Source of the DNA: Candidatus Poseidoniaceae archaeon
Lineage (GTDB): Archaea; Thermoplasmatota; Poseidoniia; Poseidoniales; Poseidoniaceae
Length of the DNA: 64,000 nucleotides
Direction: 5' to 3'
Assembly (NCBI GenBank): GCA_938030705.1
Contig: CALHIR010000010.1
Span: forward strand, 47,130-111,129
The notes under the pieces were generated by a model, which saw only the letters and a program-made list of their open reading frames with translations, was not told the DNA's origin and searched no databases. Below, in pieces: positions 44,100 to 53,432 of this stretch (the stretch's first letter is position 1; the number at the start of each line of letters is the position of its first letter). The position numbers and the translations under genes are program-made.

Positions 44100-44288
44100 T
44101 GAGATGGTGGTTACCAAAAGCTCCACGTGCTGTTGGAGCGGGGTTGAATGCGGTAGAACCGTTCCGTCGTAACTGACGATCACCATCGAGGGCAAGACAT
44201 TGGCCAGTTCCAAAGCCTTGCGAACGGTGGTACCGGGGTCAACTTGGACGGTGATGTCAACATCCCTCCCGTGAAAGCGGACGTCCAT
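44088..44288 (-). CDS. MoaD/ThiS/SAMP-type ubiquitin-like small sulfur-carrier protein
   Basis: 66 aa (MDVRFHGRDVDITVQVDPGTTVRKALELANVLPSMVIVSYDGTVLPH...TISSGG) with a beta-grasp pattern ending in Gly-Gly. The longer 120-aa ORF (44088..44450) reads through the tRNA-Ser sequence and is an artefact. Confidence 0.6.
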   Translation of the reverse strand: MDVRFHGRDVDITVQVDPGTTVRKALELANVLPSMVIVSYDGTVLPHSTPLQQHVELLVTTISSGG

Positions 44289-44343
44289 GACATCCCGACC
44301 AAACATCATGCTTATGACGGTGGCGCAAGAGCCGGGGGATGGA

Positions 44344-44426
44344 GCCGAGGTCGCATAGCCCGGTATTGCGGTGGATTCGAAATCCACTGTCCCTTGGACG
44401 CGGGGGTTCAAATCCCTCTCTCGGCG
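44344..44426 (+). tRNA. tRNA-Ser (anticodon CGA), class II with long variable arm
   Basis: Manual fold. Acceptor GCCGAGG/TCTCGGC (one G-U pair). D-stem GCA/TGC. Anticodon stem GTGGA/TCCAC with loop TTCGAAA, giving anticodon CGA. Variable stem GTCC/GGAC. T-stem GGGGG/CCCTC with loop TTCAAAT. Discriminator G. The opposite-strand ORF translation RDLNPR...FESTAIPGYAT is the typical through-tRNA artefact. Confidence 0.8.
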
Positions 44427-44433
44427 CTCTGTT

Positions 44434-45189
44434 TCACATGTAGAACGCATCGTGAGAGGTGGTCATTTCCTTCACGAGGTCTTCCTTCACGGAGGGTGCC
44501 ATGGCTTCGAGTTTTTCACGTAACCATTCGCCACCGCCGGTGGGGACGGTCAAGCCAAAGCCAAACCATCGCTCGAGGTGTTCAATCACCCTTTGAGAAC
44601 CCATGATGTCGGCGCTGGTACCAACGCTGGTCGCAATGACGCAAGCCGAATTGAGTTCGTAAAGCGGGCCCATGGAAGCGAGCAAAGCGGGCATGCCAAC
44701 GGCACCAGATTTGGGTTTGTCTCGTCGGACATCAACCCCCATGCTTTCCATGTCAATTCGGAAGGATGCCGAACTTGCAACCGCAAAGGTCTCTTTGTTC
44801 TCCGGCTTGTCAAACATGCCAGCGAGCACCAGTACTGTCGCTACGCCTTGGTCTTGGAAGAAGGCCATTAATTCCCCGGCCAACACGGATTGTTGACTCG
44901 GTTCGGTGGGTTGTGTTTTTCCAGTCAGGGTGATCAACGGGATTCCACTGGGTGTTTGTATTTGGCGAACGGTCAGATGCGGGGGTGCGAGCAAGCCATC
45001 CTCATCCAAGTGGGCATGCGGGGGCAAGCCAACGGGGTGAAGGCGAACGAGTTCAACCGATTCGTGAAGTTCGCAAACGGAGTCTACGGCCATCTTACCG
45101 ATGTTGCCAACGCCGGGGAAGGCCACCAAGGCTGTTGCACCACGGGGGAGTTCGGTGGTGCCTCCTCGCCATTCAATTCGCATGGTCAT
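44434..45189 (-). CDS. PAC2 (proteasome assembly chaperone 2) family protein
   Basis: 251 aa. N-terminal LVAFPGVGNIGKMAVD matches the PAC2 G-x-G-N-V/I-G motif. Confidence 0.5.
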   Translation of the reverse strand: MTMRIEWRGGTTELPRGATALVAFPGVGNIGKMAVDSVCELHESVELVRLHPVGLPPHAHLDEDGLLAPPHLTVRQIQTPSGIPLITLTGKTQPTEPSQQSVLAGELMAFFQDQGVATVLVLAGMFDKPENKETFAVASSASFRIDMESMGVDVRRDKPKSGAVGMPALLASMGPLYELNSACVIATSVGTSADIMGSQRVIEHLERWFGFGLTVPTGGGEWLREKLEAMAPSVKEDLVKEMTTSHDAFYM

Positions 45190-45279
45190 GAACTGCCCAT
45201 CGACGCAACACGCAGTATAATGTTTGAGATTCCAAACCGTCGGTTGCCCCTGATTTGGTGCACTTCTTTTGCCGGGCGT

Positions 45280-45519
45280 TCACTCTTCTTCTGAGGCAGC
45301 TTGTGACTTCAAGTCTTCAAGGTTGGGCAAGGTAGCGAGTTGAGCGGGCCACGACGCTTCCTCAACGCCGTTCATCTTTCGACGGAGTGCGGCTCGGTGA
45401 TCTTCTGGAGACCACTTCAAGGGGGCAGCAGCTTGTGCACGCTCACCACAGGACGGGCAGGTTGTTTTGAGTGAGAACGCTCCACATGAGAGGCATTGTT
45501 GCATACGTTGTTTTGCCAT
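45280..45519 (-). CDS. nop10: H/ACA ribonucleoprotein subunit Nop10
   Basis: Internal Met of ORF 45280..45552 gives MAKQRMQQCLSCGAFSLKTTCPSCGERAQAAAPLKWSPEDHRAALRRK. This is a zinc ribbon plus the P-[KR]-[FW]-SP-D motif. Lies immediately upstream of aIF2-alpha, as in other archaea. Confidence 0.7.
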   Translation of the reverse strand: MAKQRMQQCLSCGAFSLKTTCPSCGERAQAAAPLKWSPEDHRAALRRKMNGVEEASWPAQLATLPNLEDLKSQAASEEE

Positions 45520-45523
45520 GGAA

Positions 45524-46312
45524 TCACTCTCGTTCGGCGGTCGCCTCACCACCGGCAGCGGTCATGTGATTGACCACGGCCTGGGTTGCCTCTTCCCACA
45601 TCGTCTCTGCAACCTTGAAATCAGGTGCACGAAGTTCGATTCTGTAGGAAGGTGCACCATCATAGAAGCATTTGACCTCGATTTCTTCGGTTTCATTAGA
45701 GAGGGATTCGGCCGCCTCTAAGGCTGAGCGAATCACCGAGACGCCATTCATGTCGTTGATGCTCAACACCAAGGTGCCACGTACCTCAACAAACGGCGGA
45801 ATGATGTTTTCCACGGCGAGTTCGATGAAGGCGGTCATCCAATCGCCTTCGAAACCGGCGTTTTGGAGCGCACCTTCCTGCATTGCTGCTTCTTCAAAAG
45901 CGGTGTAAAGTCCACCGAAGGCTTCGGTCAATTCAATCGACTGTTCAGCGACTTCGCTTTCGCTCCATCCGACTTTTTCACCGAGGACCTTGAGGAGTTG
46001 ATGGGCTCGTTGTTCGTTCTTCCATTCTTGGAGACGGTCTCGTCGGCGTTCTTCTGAAACCGACTTGAGGGAAAGTTCCAGTGAGGAGCCATCTCGGCGA
46101 GTTCGCATGACTTTGCAAATCACACGTTGGCCTTCTCGAACGAAACCTCGGATGTTTTTGACCCAACCTGAGGCGATTTCGCCAATGAAGATGAAGCCCT
46201 CAATCCCCTCGTATTCGTCAAGGAGAACGTACGCACCGTTTTGTTTGACCGTGGTGATGGTTGCGACCACCAATTCCCCTTCTTCGGGGGTTGCGCGGTC
46301 TTGATTTGACAT
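45524..46312 (-). CDS. eif2a: translation initiation factor 2 subunit alpha (aIF2-alpha)
   Basis: 262 aa. S1 domain (EGELVVATITTVKQNGAYVLLDEYEGIEGFIFIGEIAS), helical and alpha-beta C-terminal domains. Confidence 0.9.
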   Translation of the reverse strand: MSNQDRATPEEGELVVATITTVKQNGAYVLLDEYEGIEGFIFIGEIASGWVKNIRGFVREGQRVICKVMRTRRDGSSLELSLKSVSEERRRDRLQEWKNEQRAHQLLKVLGEKVGWSESEVAEQSIELTEAFGGLYTAFEEAAMQEGALQNAGFEGDWMTAFIELAVENIIPPFVEVRGTLVLSINDMNGVSVIRSALEAAESLSNETEEIEVKCFYDGAPSYRIELRAPDFKVAETMWEEATQAVVNHMTAAGGEATAERE

Positions 46313-46327
46313 GGAGGCTCAGCCTCC

Positions 46328-46498
46328 TCAGTTCAGTGCTTCCACAACGGTGCAACCGACGAGGTCTGCTTTGCCGCCGGCTGGCTTGGTCAAGGTTGCG
46401 CTGCAAACACCGCAAGCGATGGATGTCGTGGCGCGTGAAAAGATGATGGATTCGCTTCCGCAATCGCGGCAACTTACTCGGAGAAAATGGTTGGTCAT
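46328..46498 (-). CDS. rps27e: 30S ribosomal protein S27e
   Basis: Internal Met of ORF 46328..46648 gives MTNHFLRVSCRDCGSESIIFSRATTSIACGVCSATLTKPAGGKADLVGCTVVEAL, the C4 zinc finger typical of S27e. Confidence 0.8.
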   Translation of the reverse strand: MTNHFLRVSCRDCGSESIIFSRATTSIACGVCSATLTKPAGGKADLVGCTVVEALN

Positions 46499-46508
46499 TG
46501 GGTTCACC

Positions 46509-46793
46509 TCATCGATCCACAAGTTCGAATTTCTTTGCACGCTTGCAAGGTGCGTAGTGGGCTTTTCCGGTTTCTGTGCACCGGTAAAGAATGTTGACGC
46601 GCTTCGTGGGCTTTTCACGACCGTCGGGTTTTGGACGTGGGAAACCACGGTAACCAGCCATCACTCGGCGGAAACGTCGCTGACCCCAGCGAAGCTCGGA
46701 AGCTCGCTTTTTCTTGACACGTTCAACGGTGTGCAGGGTGTGCTTGCCAGCAGACGGGCTGTATCGCATAACTTGACGGGGTCGCTTCACCAT
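46509..46793 (-). CDS. rpl44e: 50S ribosomal protein L44e
   Basis: C-terminal 94 aa of ORF 46509..47102: MVKRPRQ...GKHTLHTVERVKKKRASELRWGQRRFRRVMAGYRGFPRPKP...KPTKRVNILYRCTETGKAHY. The upstream part of that ORF (TTG start) is an artefact. Confidence 0.8.
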   Translation of the reverse strand: MVKRPRQVMRYSPSAGKHTLHTVERVKKKRASELRWGQRRFRRVMAGYRGFPRPKPDGREKPTKRVNILYRCTETGKAHYAPCKRAKKFELVDR

Positions 46794-46921
46794 GTGAACA
46801 CCGAAGCGTTCAGCCCACAGAGGAGGGGTATTTATGCCCTCCGCCACCGCTTTCGGTGCGTTCGGGGCACTGCGGTTCTCCCGGTGGGATTCTCTATAAA
46901 TGTCTCCGTACAGCATACGCC

Positions 46922-47719
46922 ATGGAAGAGGCGACGCAAGCCATCGTTTTCTTCTGGCTCGCAGGGCTATTCGTCGTCGTGGGGGGCATGTTGGCGTTCT
47001 TTTCCAAGGTTCAAGGGCAGCGCCGTCTCGGCGGTGCCCTCTTTGGCTTGGGCCTCCTTTCGTTGATGTTGACGCCCTGGACATTGCCCTTCTCTCCCTC
47101 AAGCGCCTTCGGGCACCTCCTCGGTAGTTTGGTAGGTCCAGGTGTTTTGTTGGGGGTTGGTCTCTACCAAATCGCTTTCTCGGGCCATGTGCCCGTTGGC
47201 CGCTTGAGCCGGACCGATCGCACCGTTGGCATCGTCATGGTGGTGGTGGGCGTGTTGTGGCTTGAGGCGATGCACTGGTGGGTCTTGACCCCGACCTATC
47301 CCGGCGAGGTCAACAGGTATTGGTACATTTTTTGGCCAACCATGTTGCTCGGTGTTCTTACGCTTTCATCCGCTGCTTACGTCTTGGTTGGCTTGGTGGG
47401 CCAACAGCGTCAACAAGAGCAACGATTGATGTTGGTTACATCGGCTTTGGCTATCGTTCTGATGGTCTTGGGGGCGATGTTTAACGGGCCGAGTGTGGAC
47501 CATCAGCGTTTTGCGACTGAACTGATCTTTGCCGCCGCTGATATCTTCGGGGCCATGGTCGGTGCTGCGGTTGCCATCCTTCTCTTTGCTGTCGTCCTTA
47601 CCGTCTATGAATCCCAACAACCTGCCCCTCAACGGCTCGCCCCGCCAACCGAACAGCAACTCGAACAAGCCAGTCAAATCATCGCCCAACACGTCGGAGG
47701 TGAATCCGAAGATGAGTGA
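46922..47719 (+). CDS. polytopic membrane protein, hypothetical
   Basis: About 7 predicted TM helices. Start trimmed to MEEATQAIVFFW. Confidence 0.5.
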   Translation: MEEATQAIVFFWLAGLFVVVGGMLAFFSKVQGQRRLGGALFGLGLLSLMLTPWTLPFSPSSAFGHLLGSLVGPGVLLGVGLYQIAFSGHVPVGRLSRTDRTVGIVMVVVGVLWLEAMHWWVLTPTYPGEVNRYWYIFWPTMLLGVLTLSSAAYVLVGLVGQQRQQEQRLMLVTSALAIVLMVLGAMFNGPSVDHQRFATELIFAAADIFGAMVGAAVAILLFAVVLTVYESQQPAPQRLAPPTEQQLEQASQIIAQHVGGESEDE

Positions 47720-48173
47720 CCGTTCTCCGATGCGTCCTTTCACCCTCTTGGGCGCCTTCGCAATACTTCCTGCAGGGGCTGTCTTGCTTCTCGTTTGGTG
47801 GACTTCGGTTGATTCAACCGAGGGAACCCTCGTGCGGTTTTCGAATGCTTTGTTGACCTCTTTCACTTTCATATCTTTCATCCTGATGATGACCCTCTTC
47901 GTCTACGGAGATGCACGCAAACGCCCCCTGGCCCCCCTCTTTGGTATGTTCATGAGCGTGCTTCTCGGGGTCGCCATGACCGTCTTTTTCCTCTCCCAGG
48001 GTGAACTCTTGATGGAGGACAACGGCTCGGTTCGGGCCCAAGCCCTCTCAAACCTCATTCGTTTGGCGACCACCCTCCTCGGTCTTGGCCTTGCAGGGAT
48101 GGTCGTAGCGGGCACCCTTTTCGCCAGTTTGATGAACACCCCTCCTCGTTCAATTCAATTTGAAGAGGAATGA
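47712..48173 (+). CDS. small polytopic membrane protein, hypothetical
   Basis: 153 aa from the internal Met (MSDRSPMRPF...). 4 TM helices. ATGA-type overlap with the upstream membrane-protein gene. Confidence 0.45.
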   Translation: MSDRSPMRPFTLLGAFAILPAGAVLLLVWWTSVDSTEGTLVRFSNALLTSFTFISFILMMTLFVYGDARKRPLAPLFGMFMSVLLGVAMTVFFLSQGELLMEDNGSVRAQALSNLIRLATTLLGLGLAGMVVAGTLFASLMNTPPRSIQFEEE

Positions 48174-48242
48174 AACACACCGAAAGGCCTGCCGTTGATT
48201 TCATAAGGGGGTGGTCGGTGGCCAACTCGTCCGGGTGAGCGC

Positions 48243-48422
48243 ATGTCCAAAGGTACACCGTCAATGGGTAAGCGACAAAAGACCACTCACATTCGTTGCC
48301 GACGCTGCGGGCGCAACGCTTACCACAAGCAGAAAAAGGTCTGCTCCTCTTGTGGATACGGCGAAACTTCAAGGATTCGAAAGTACAGTTGGTCCAAGAA
48401 GACTCACCGGCCCAAGGCCTGA
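48243..48422 (+). CDS. rpl37e: 50S ribosomal protein L37e
   Basis: 59 aa, below the ORF-track cutoff: [59 protein letters not shown]. Canonical L37e C4 zinc ribbon. The listed ORF 48211..48444 is the wrong frame. Confidence 0.85.
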   Translation: MSKGTPSMGKRQKTTHIRCRRCGRNAYHKQKKVCSSCGYGETSRIRKYSWSKKTHRPKA

Positions 48423-48480
48423 AGCGTTCTCATCGCAACGATAAGAAGCAACCTCAGTTTAGTACGAATGAGGCGAACGC

Positions 48481-50022
48481 ATGTGCGGCATTCTGGGAAT
48501 TGTTGGTCAACACGGCTCCCACGTGAATCAGTTGCTCTATGACGGGTTGACAGTGCTTCAACACCGCGGGCAAGACGCTGCGGGAATCCTGACCGATACC
48601 AAGGGGCATTTTCGTCTTCGAAAATCGAACGGCCTCGTCGCTGATGTTTTTTTCAAGCGGCACATGCTTCGCCTTCAGGGCAATGTCGGTATCGGCCATG
48701 TACGCTACCCGACCGCAGGGTCGTCCTCCCGAGCTGAAGCCCAGCCCTTTTACGTCAACTCGCCCTACGGTATTGCGCTGGCACACAACGGTAATTTGAC
48801 CAACGCCGAGGAGCTTGAAGTGTACCTTCGCGACGAGTGCGTTCGCCACATCAACACCAACAGTGATTCTGAACTTCTCCTCAACGCCCTTGCTGTGGAA
48901 CTGGGTGAGCGTTCCTCGTCCCTCCGCATTCAAGGCAACCCCCACATCAACATCGAAACCATCTTCGGCGCCATTTCGGCCGTAAACGACCGTGTGCGCG
49001 GCGGTTATGCGTGCGTCTCGGTCATTTCTGGCTACGGTCTGCTCGCTTTCCGGGACCCCAACGGCATCAGGCCGCTGATCTACGGCAAGCGGGAGATTGA
49101 GGGCGAAACCGAATACATTGTCGCCAGTGAAAGCGTGGCCATTTCTGCTCTTGGTTTTGAAATCGTCAGAGATATTGCTCCAGGTGAAGCCATTTTTATC
49201 AGTTCTTCTGGCCACTTATTCACCCGTCAATGCACGCCTCCCGCCAGTTATTCGCCTTGCATTTTTGAGCATGTTTACTTCGCACGGCCCGACTCTGTTA
49301 TCGACGGTATGTCGGTCTACCAATCGAGGTTAAACCAAGGACAGCGGCTTGCTGAACGCTTACTTGAATCATGGCCTGACCACGACATTGACGTGGTCAT
49401 TCCTATCCCTGACTCCGGAAGAATCGCAGCCCTTCAGATGGCCAAGGCGCTCAGTCTCCCTTATCGGGAAGGCTTTGTGAAAAACCGATACGTTGGTCGA
49501 ACCTTCATCATGCCGGGGCAAGCCTTGCGCGAGAAGTCAGTCCGTCGGAAACTGAACGCCATTGAACACGAATTCCGGGGCAAGAACGTGCTGCTGGTGG
49601 ACGATTCCATTGTGCGTGGTACGACCAGTGCCCAAATCATTGAGATGGCTCGTGATGTAGGGGCGAAGAAAGTGTACTTCGCTTCTGCCGCTCCTCCAGT
49701 TCGTCACCCCAACGTCTACGGCATTGACATGCCAGCGGTAAAAGAATTCATTGCGAACGGGCGAACCATCGAGGAAATCAATGCCACCATTGGAAGCGAT
49801 CGCTTGTTCTATCAAACGTTAAGCGACTTGGTTGAAGTCACCCGGCAACCCAGTTCGCAGGTTGACCAGTTTGATTCAAGTTGCTTCAACGGTGAATACG
49901 TCACCGGCGATATCGGGGCGGATTATCTCCAAAAATTAGAAGATGCGCGAAACGATGGAGCAAAAGAACTCGTTCACATTGATGATGCAGTCATCGATCT
50001 CCACAACGACGATACTTTGTGA
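48481..50022 (+). CDS. purF: amidophosphoribosyltransferase
   Basis: 513 aa. N-terminal MCGILGIV (Ntn Cys), PRTase motif ([13 protein letters not shown]), and C-terminal Cys residues for the Fe-S cluster. Confidence 0.92.
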   Translation: MCGILGIVGQHGSHVNQLLYDGLTVLQHRGQDAAGILTDTKGHFRLRKSNGLVADVFFKRHMLRLQGNVGIGHVRYPTAGSSSRAEAQPFYVNSPYGIALAHNGNLTNAEELEVYLRDECVRHINTNSDSELLLNALAVELGERSSSLRIQGNPHINIETIFGAISAVNDRVRGGYACVSVISGYGLLAFRDPNGIRPLIYGKREIEGETEYIVASESVAISALGFEIVRDIAPGEAIFISSSGHLFTRQCTPPASYSPCIFEHVYFARPDSVIDGMSVYQSRLNQGQRLAERLLESWPDHDIDVVIPIPDSGRIAALQMAKALSLPYREGFVKNRYVGRTFIMPGQALREKSVRRKLNAIEHEFRGKNVLLVDDSIVRGTTSAQIIEMARDVGAKKVYFASAAPPVRHPNVYGIDMPAVKEFIANGRTIEEINATIGSDRLFYQTLSDLVEVTRQPSSQVDQFDSSCFNGEYVTGDIGADYLQKLEDARNDGAKELVHIDDAVIDLHNDDTL

Positions 50023-50076
50023 AGTTCACAAACACAGGAACCGAGTGCTTTTGAACACCTTGGGCCACCTCGTGTC

Positions 50077-51702
50077 ATGGTCTTGACGCGCCAGGTCCAC
50101 GCCTTGGTAAAACCCGAAGCTAAAGTCAAGCACCTCTGCCTCCATGCGGAAGAGGATTTGGTGGCATGGGCGGAATCCAACCAAACCATTACCATCGGTC
50201 GCCTTGAAGAGACTGACGTCGCCGTAGAGGCCCACTTTCCCGTGCCCCAACGGGTGAGTTTCATGCTGTTTCACCGAACGCATTTGGTGATTGGGGATGA
50301 CCTTGGCTCCATTTCGTTCTATGATGCTGCGGGTACCTTGCTTGAATCTCAAGAAATAGATGGTGGCGTCCAAACTTGCGAGCCGATGGGGTTGAAATTG
50401 GCCGTCATCAGTGGCATGGGTTCGGTTCACCTGGTTCAATTTGAACGGCCCTCACAGAATCTCTCCGAACAGTATGGTTTGGGCGACGTCCTCCAAATGG
50501 TCGTCTCAAGGAACGCCATCCATGTCGCTCAGCAAAACGGCTCCGTGTTGACATTGAACGAGGAGGGTATCCACTGGAGGCGCCCGACTCGGGGTGAACA
50601 CGGTGAACGCATCACGGGCATGGGATTGACTCGAAACGGTTCGCTCTTTTTGACCCGAGAAGGTCACGCCCTTGTGGCCGGCGATGAAGAAGCGATAGAA
50701 TTTGAATTGTGGGAGAATGGAGCCTTATCACTTCGCAAGGACCTACGTATGCGATTACTCACATCCTCGGAAGCGAACTTGGGAGCCGTTCTTGGCTTTG
50801 ATGATGGGACGGTTCATCTGCTCCACGAAGATGGGCGAATGGACGAGGTGCTCTCTACGGGATATCCGGTGTTTTCATGCTTTGAACATCAATCAAGCGT
50901 GGTGGCGAGTTCCTGGTTCTACATTCACGGTTTCACAAACGAACAGACGTGGAAGGTTGAGCATCAGGGTATGCCGCAGATGCTCCATGCTCACTCCGGA
51001 AGGGACCTGGTCGTTTTTGCTGGCGACGACCAAAACGATTACACCGAGCCCGAGCCCATTGGCTGCATTGACCTCAAAAGCGAGGCTTGGGAGACCGACG
51101 CTGCAGAATTGTCCGGCTGGTTTCAAAACGCTGGCCCACAGGTTCTCCTGACGGCCGAGCAACTCTACAGCGACGACAGCGATGATGTTCTGATGCACCT
51201 GACGGCAGATGAGCGTGCCTCCTACGGCGATGCACCAGCACCCGGTCAGCCCACGAGTTCTTTGCTTGCTGCGATGGGTACGCCCGAACCCACGCCAGCG
51301 TCCTCCGAAACGGTCCTCGATGAAAACGAGTTGATGGAAGCCCTCAACAGCAGCGAAGAGATGAGTTTAGAAGAGACAGGTTTGCTCCTCAATGCCCTTT
51401 CCTCTGCTGTGGACGAAGTGCATCCTCCAAAGGCGATGGCGGGGGATGACCAGCGGCAGCAAGCAGAAGCAGACGGAACATGTGTTGTCTTGCTGGACGG
51501 GCGAGGTTCCTACGACCCTCACGACCAGATTCTCCGTTGGTCATGGCACGACGGGCAGGGTCAAGAACTCTCAGATACGCCACAACTCAAACTCCGACTT
51601 CCCGTTGGGCAGCATACCTTCGAATTGAGGGTGGTGGACCGTCAAGGTTCGTGGACCACAGATTCAGTTGCTGTGCATGTGGTGGATGGCTCAACCTCAT
51701 GA
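50077..51702 (+). CDS. beta-propeller repeat protein with C-terminal Ig-like (PKD-like) domain, hypothetical
   Basis: 541 aa. Repeated beta-strand blocks (HLVIGDDLGSISFYD; HVAQQNGSVLTLNEEG; etc.). C-terminal CVVLLDGRGSYDPHDQILRWSW...FELRVVDRQG resembles a PKD/Ig domain. Confidence 0.5.
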   Translation: MVLTRQVHALVKPEAKVKHLCLHAEEDLVAWAESNQTITIGRLEETDVAVEAHFPVPQRVSFMLFHRTHLVIGDDLGSISFYDAAGTLLESQEIDGGVQTCEPMGLKLAVISGMGSVHLVQFERPSQNLSEQYGLGDVLQMVVSRNAIHVAQQNGSVLTLNEEGIHWRRPTRGEHGERITGMGLTRNGSLFLTREGHALVAGDEEAIEFELWENGALSLRKDLRMRLLTSSEANLGAVLGFDDGTVHLLHEDGRMDEVLSTGYPVFSCFEHQSSVVASSWFYIHGFTNEQTWKVEHQGMPQMLHAHSGRDLVVFAGDDQNDYTEPEPIGCIDLKSEAWETDAAELSGWFQNAGPQVLLTAEQLYSDDSDDVLMHLTADERASYGDAPAPGQPTSSLLAAMGTPEPTPASSETVLDENELMEALNSSEEMSLEETGLLLNALSSAVDEVHPPKAMAGDDQRQQAEADGTCVVLLDGRGSYDPHDQILRWSWHDGQGQELSDTPQLKLRLPVGQHTFELRVVDRQGSWTTDSVAVHVVDGSTS

Positions 51703-52496
51703 AGGGGTCCATGCTCCGAACCACCATGGCCTTGACGGACCCGTGGATTGAACATTTTTTCGTCGGCCCCCTCCAAATGCGGTGTTCGGTGGTCACCGAC
51801 CGAAGCAACGGCGACACCATCATTGTCGATGGTGGTGATGAACCTCAACGCATCATCGATTGGATTGACCGGTATGATGGACCAGGTCCGAATTGGACAA
51901 CCGGTCCAGAAACGCAAGCCATGGCTGCCGAACAGAACCTCCCTCCACGCCGGGTCGTGGCCCTCGTCAACACCCATGCGCATTTTGATCACAGCGGGTT
52001 CATCCCCACCCTTCGGGAGCATTACGATGTTGAGTGGTTCCTCCACCCAGATGACACGTTTTTGCAAACGCTTGCACAAGCCTCAGGCCGGCGATATGGC
52101 CTTCAACTACCGGAACCCGCCGTGGCCGATCAACCCCTCAATGCTCAAGAAAACCACAGGTTTGGGAGCATTGAACTCCGTGTACTCCACACGCCAGGGC
52201 ACACCCTTGGGGGATGCTGCCTTCTCTTGCCGGTGGACGATGGACCGGATCACGTCTTTGTCGGCGACACCTTGTTCGCTGGGTCTGTGGGTCGGACCGA
52301 CATCGAACATTCGGGAGGCGACTTCGAGTTGCTGGCCAATTCAATTCATACCCAACTTTGGCCTTTGGATGAAACGACGATTGTCCACCCCGGGCACGGG
52401 CCGCTGACCACCATTGGTCATGAAAAGCGAACGAACCCCTTTGTTGGTGAGCCCGCCGGCCAGGGCGGGACCTACGGTTTTGGCAAATACGCCTGA
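51699..52496 (+). CDS. MBL-fold metallo-hydrolase (glyoxalase II-like)
   Basis: HAHFDHSG (HxHxDH) and downstream His/Asp ligands (HTPGHTLG, HPGHGP). Start trimmed to Met74, giving an ATGA overlap with the upstream gene. Confidence 0.7.
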   Translation: MKGSMLRTTMALTDPWIEHFFVGPLQMRCSVVTDRSNGDTIIVDGGDEPQRIIDWIDRYDGPGPNWTTGPETQAMAAEQNLPPRRVVALVNTHAHFDHSGFIPTLREHYDVEWFLHPDDTFLQTLAQASGRRYGLQLPEPAVADQPLNAQENHRFGSIELRVLHTPGHTLGGCCLLLPVDDGPDHVFVGDTLFAGSVGRTDIEHSGGDFELLANSIHTQLWPLDETTIVHPGHGPLTTIGHEKRTNPFVGEPAGQGGTYGFGKYA

Positions 52497-53423
52497 TCAG
52501 CCCATCATGCCTTTCAGGCTCTCATGAAGCACTGGGAGGGCTTCTTCCCAAGTGGCGACGATGCCATAGTCGGCGTGCTGGAAAATCGGGGCATCTGCGT
52601 CTTTGTTGATGGCCACGATGTACTTTGAGGAACGCATGCCGGCCAAATGCTGGATGGCTCCAGAGATTCCCACGGCAATGTACAGGTTAGGGTTGACCGT
52701 TTTGCCGGTTTGGCCAACCTGCATTGAGTGAGGGATGGCCTCCCAAGTGTCAACAGCGGCTCGGGAGGCTCCGACGGCTGCACCGATGGTATCCGCAATG
52801 GCTTCGAGGTGAGAGAAATTGTCCGGTGAGCCCATGCCTCGTCCGCCGGAGATGATGATGTTGGCTTCCGCCACATCCAATCGCTCCGAGGCGCGGGCCA
52901 TGAATTCCTGGACAGAGGTGGCCACGTCGCCGTCGGTGTCCACAACGGCCACGTCTGACGCCCCGCCTTGTGCTGCAGCGAAGACGTTCGAGCGAACGGA
53001 AACCACCACGGGTCCGTTTGTTGAGACGGTCTGCATGGCCTTTCCACTGTACACTGGAGAGGTGATGTTCCCTCCTTCGATGGCCATGGCGTCTTGAACA
53101 ACCGAAACACCGCGACGGGCTGCAAGGCGTGCAGCCAAATCCTTTGATTGGGGGCTCGCCCCAGTCACGATGGTTCCCTGGGGGATAACAGCGTCCAAGG
53201 CAGCAGCCCATCCACTGGCGTCGTAGTGCGAGAAGACGCTGGATTTGGCCGCAAGGATGCTGGCTGCACCCATGCCCGAAGCACCGTCGGCCTGAGTGGC
53301 GTCGGTGCAGGGGATGACAAGGGTTGGTTCTCCGCCCAAGGCGATGGCCGCACTGACAAGTTCAGCGGTGCTGGCGTGGACGGTGTTGTTGCTCATTTCT
53401 GCGATTACAATGGTTTGTGTCAT
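52497..53423 (-). CDS. etfA: electron transfer flavoprotein subunit alpha
   Basis: 308 aa. FAD-binding C-terminal domain ([10 protein letters not shown]...[16 protein letters not shown]...[13 protein letters not shown]). Confidence 0.9.
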   Translation of the reverse strand: MTQTIVIAEMSNNTVHASTAELVSAAIALGGEPTLVIPCTDATQADGASGMGAASILAAKSSVFSHYDASGWAAALDAVIPQGTIVTGASPQSKDLAARLAARRGVSVVQDAMAIEGGNITSPVYSGKAMQTVSTNGPVVVSVRSNVFAAAQGGASDVAVVDTDGDVATSVQEFMARASERLDVAEANIIISGGRGMGSPDNFSHLEAIADTIGAAVGASRAAVDTWEAIPHSMQVGQTGKTVNPNLYIAVGISGAIQHLAGMRSSKYIVAINKDADAPIFQHADYGIVATWEEALPVLHESLKGMMG

Positions 53424-53432
53424 TTTTTCACC

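Noticed and set aside
44088-44450. 120-aa ORF annotated as one protein
   Set aside because: Its N-terminal 54 codons are a translation across the tRNA-Ser gene (RDLNPR...FESTAIPGYAT pattern). Only the C-terminal 66-aa MoaD/SAMP-like part is credible.
44100-44450. tRNA-Ser as an attachment site of an integrated element
   Set aside because: No integrase, transposase, direct repeat of the tRNA 3' end, or compositional shift was seen on either side. The flanking genes are conserved cellular genes (PAC2, nop10, eif2a).
46311-47066. 251-aa plus-strand ORF overlapping rps27e and rpl44e
   Set aside because: The opposite strand encodes two canonical zinc-ribbon ribosomal proteins, and the plus-frame product is low-complexity. 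My base-level reading around 46440 disagreed with the track by one nucleotide, so I did not rely on it.
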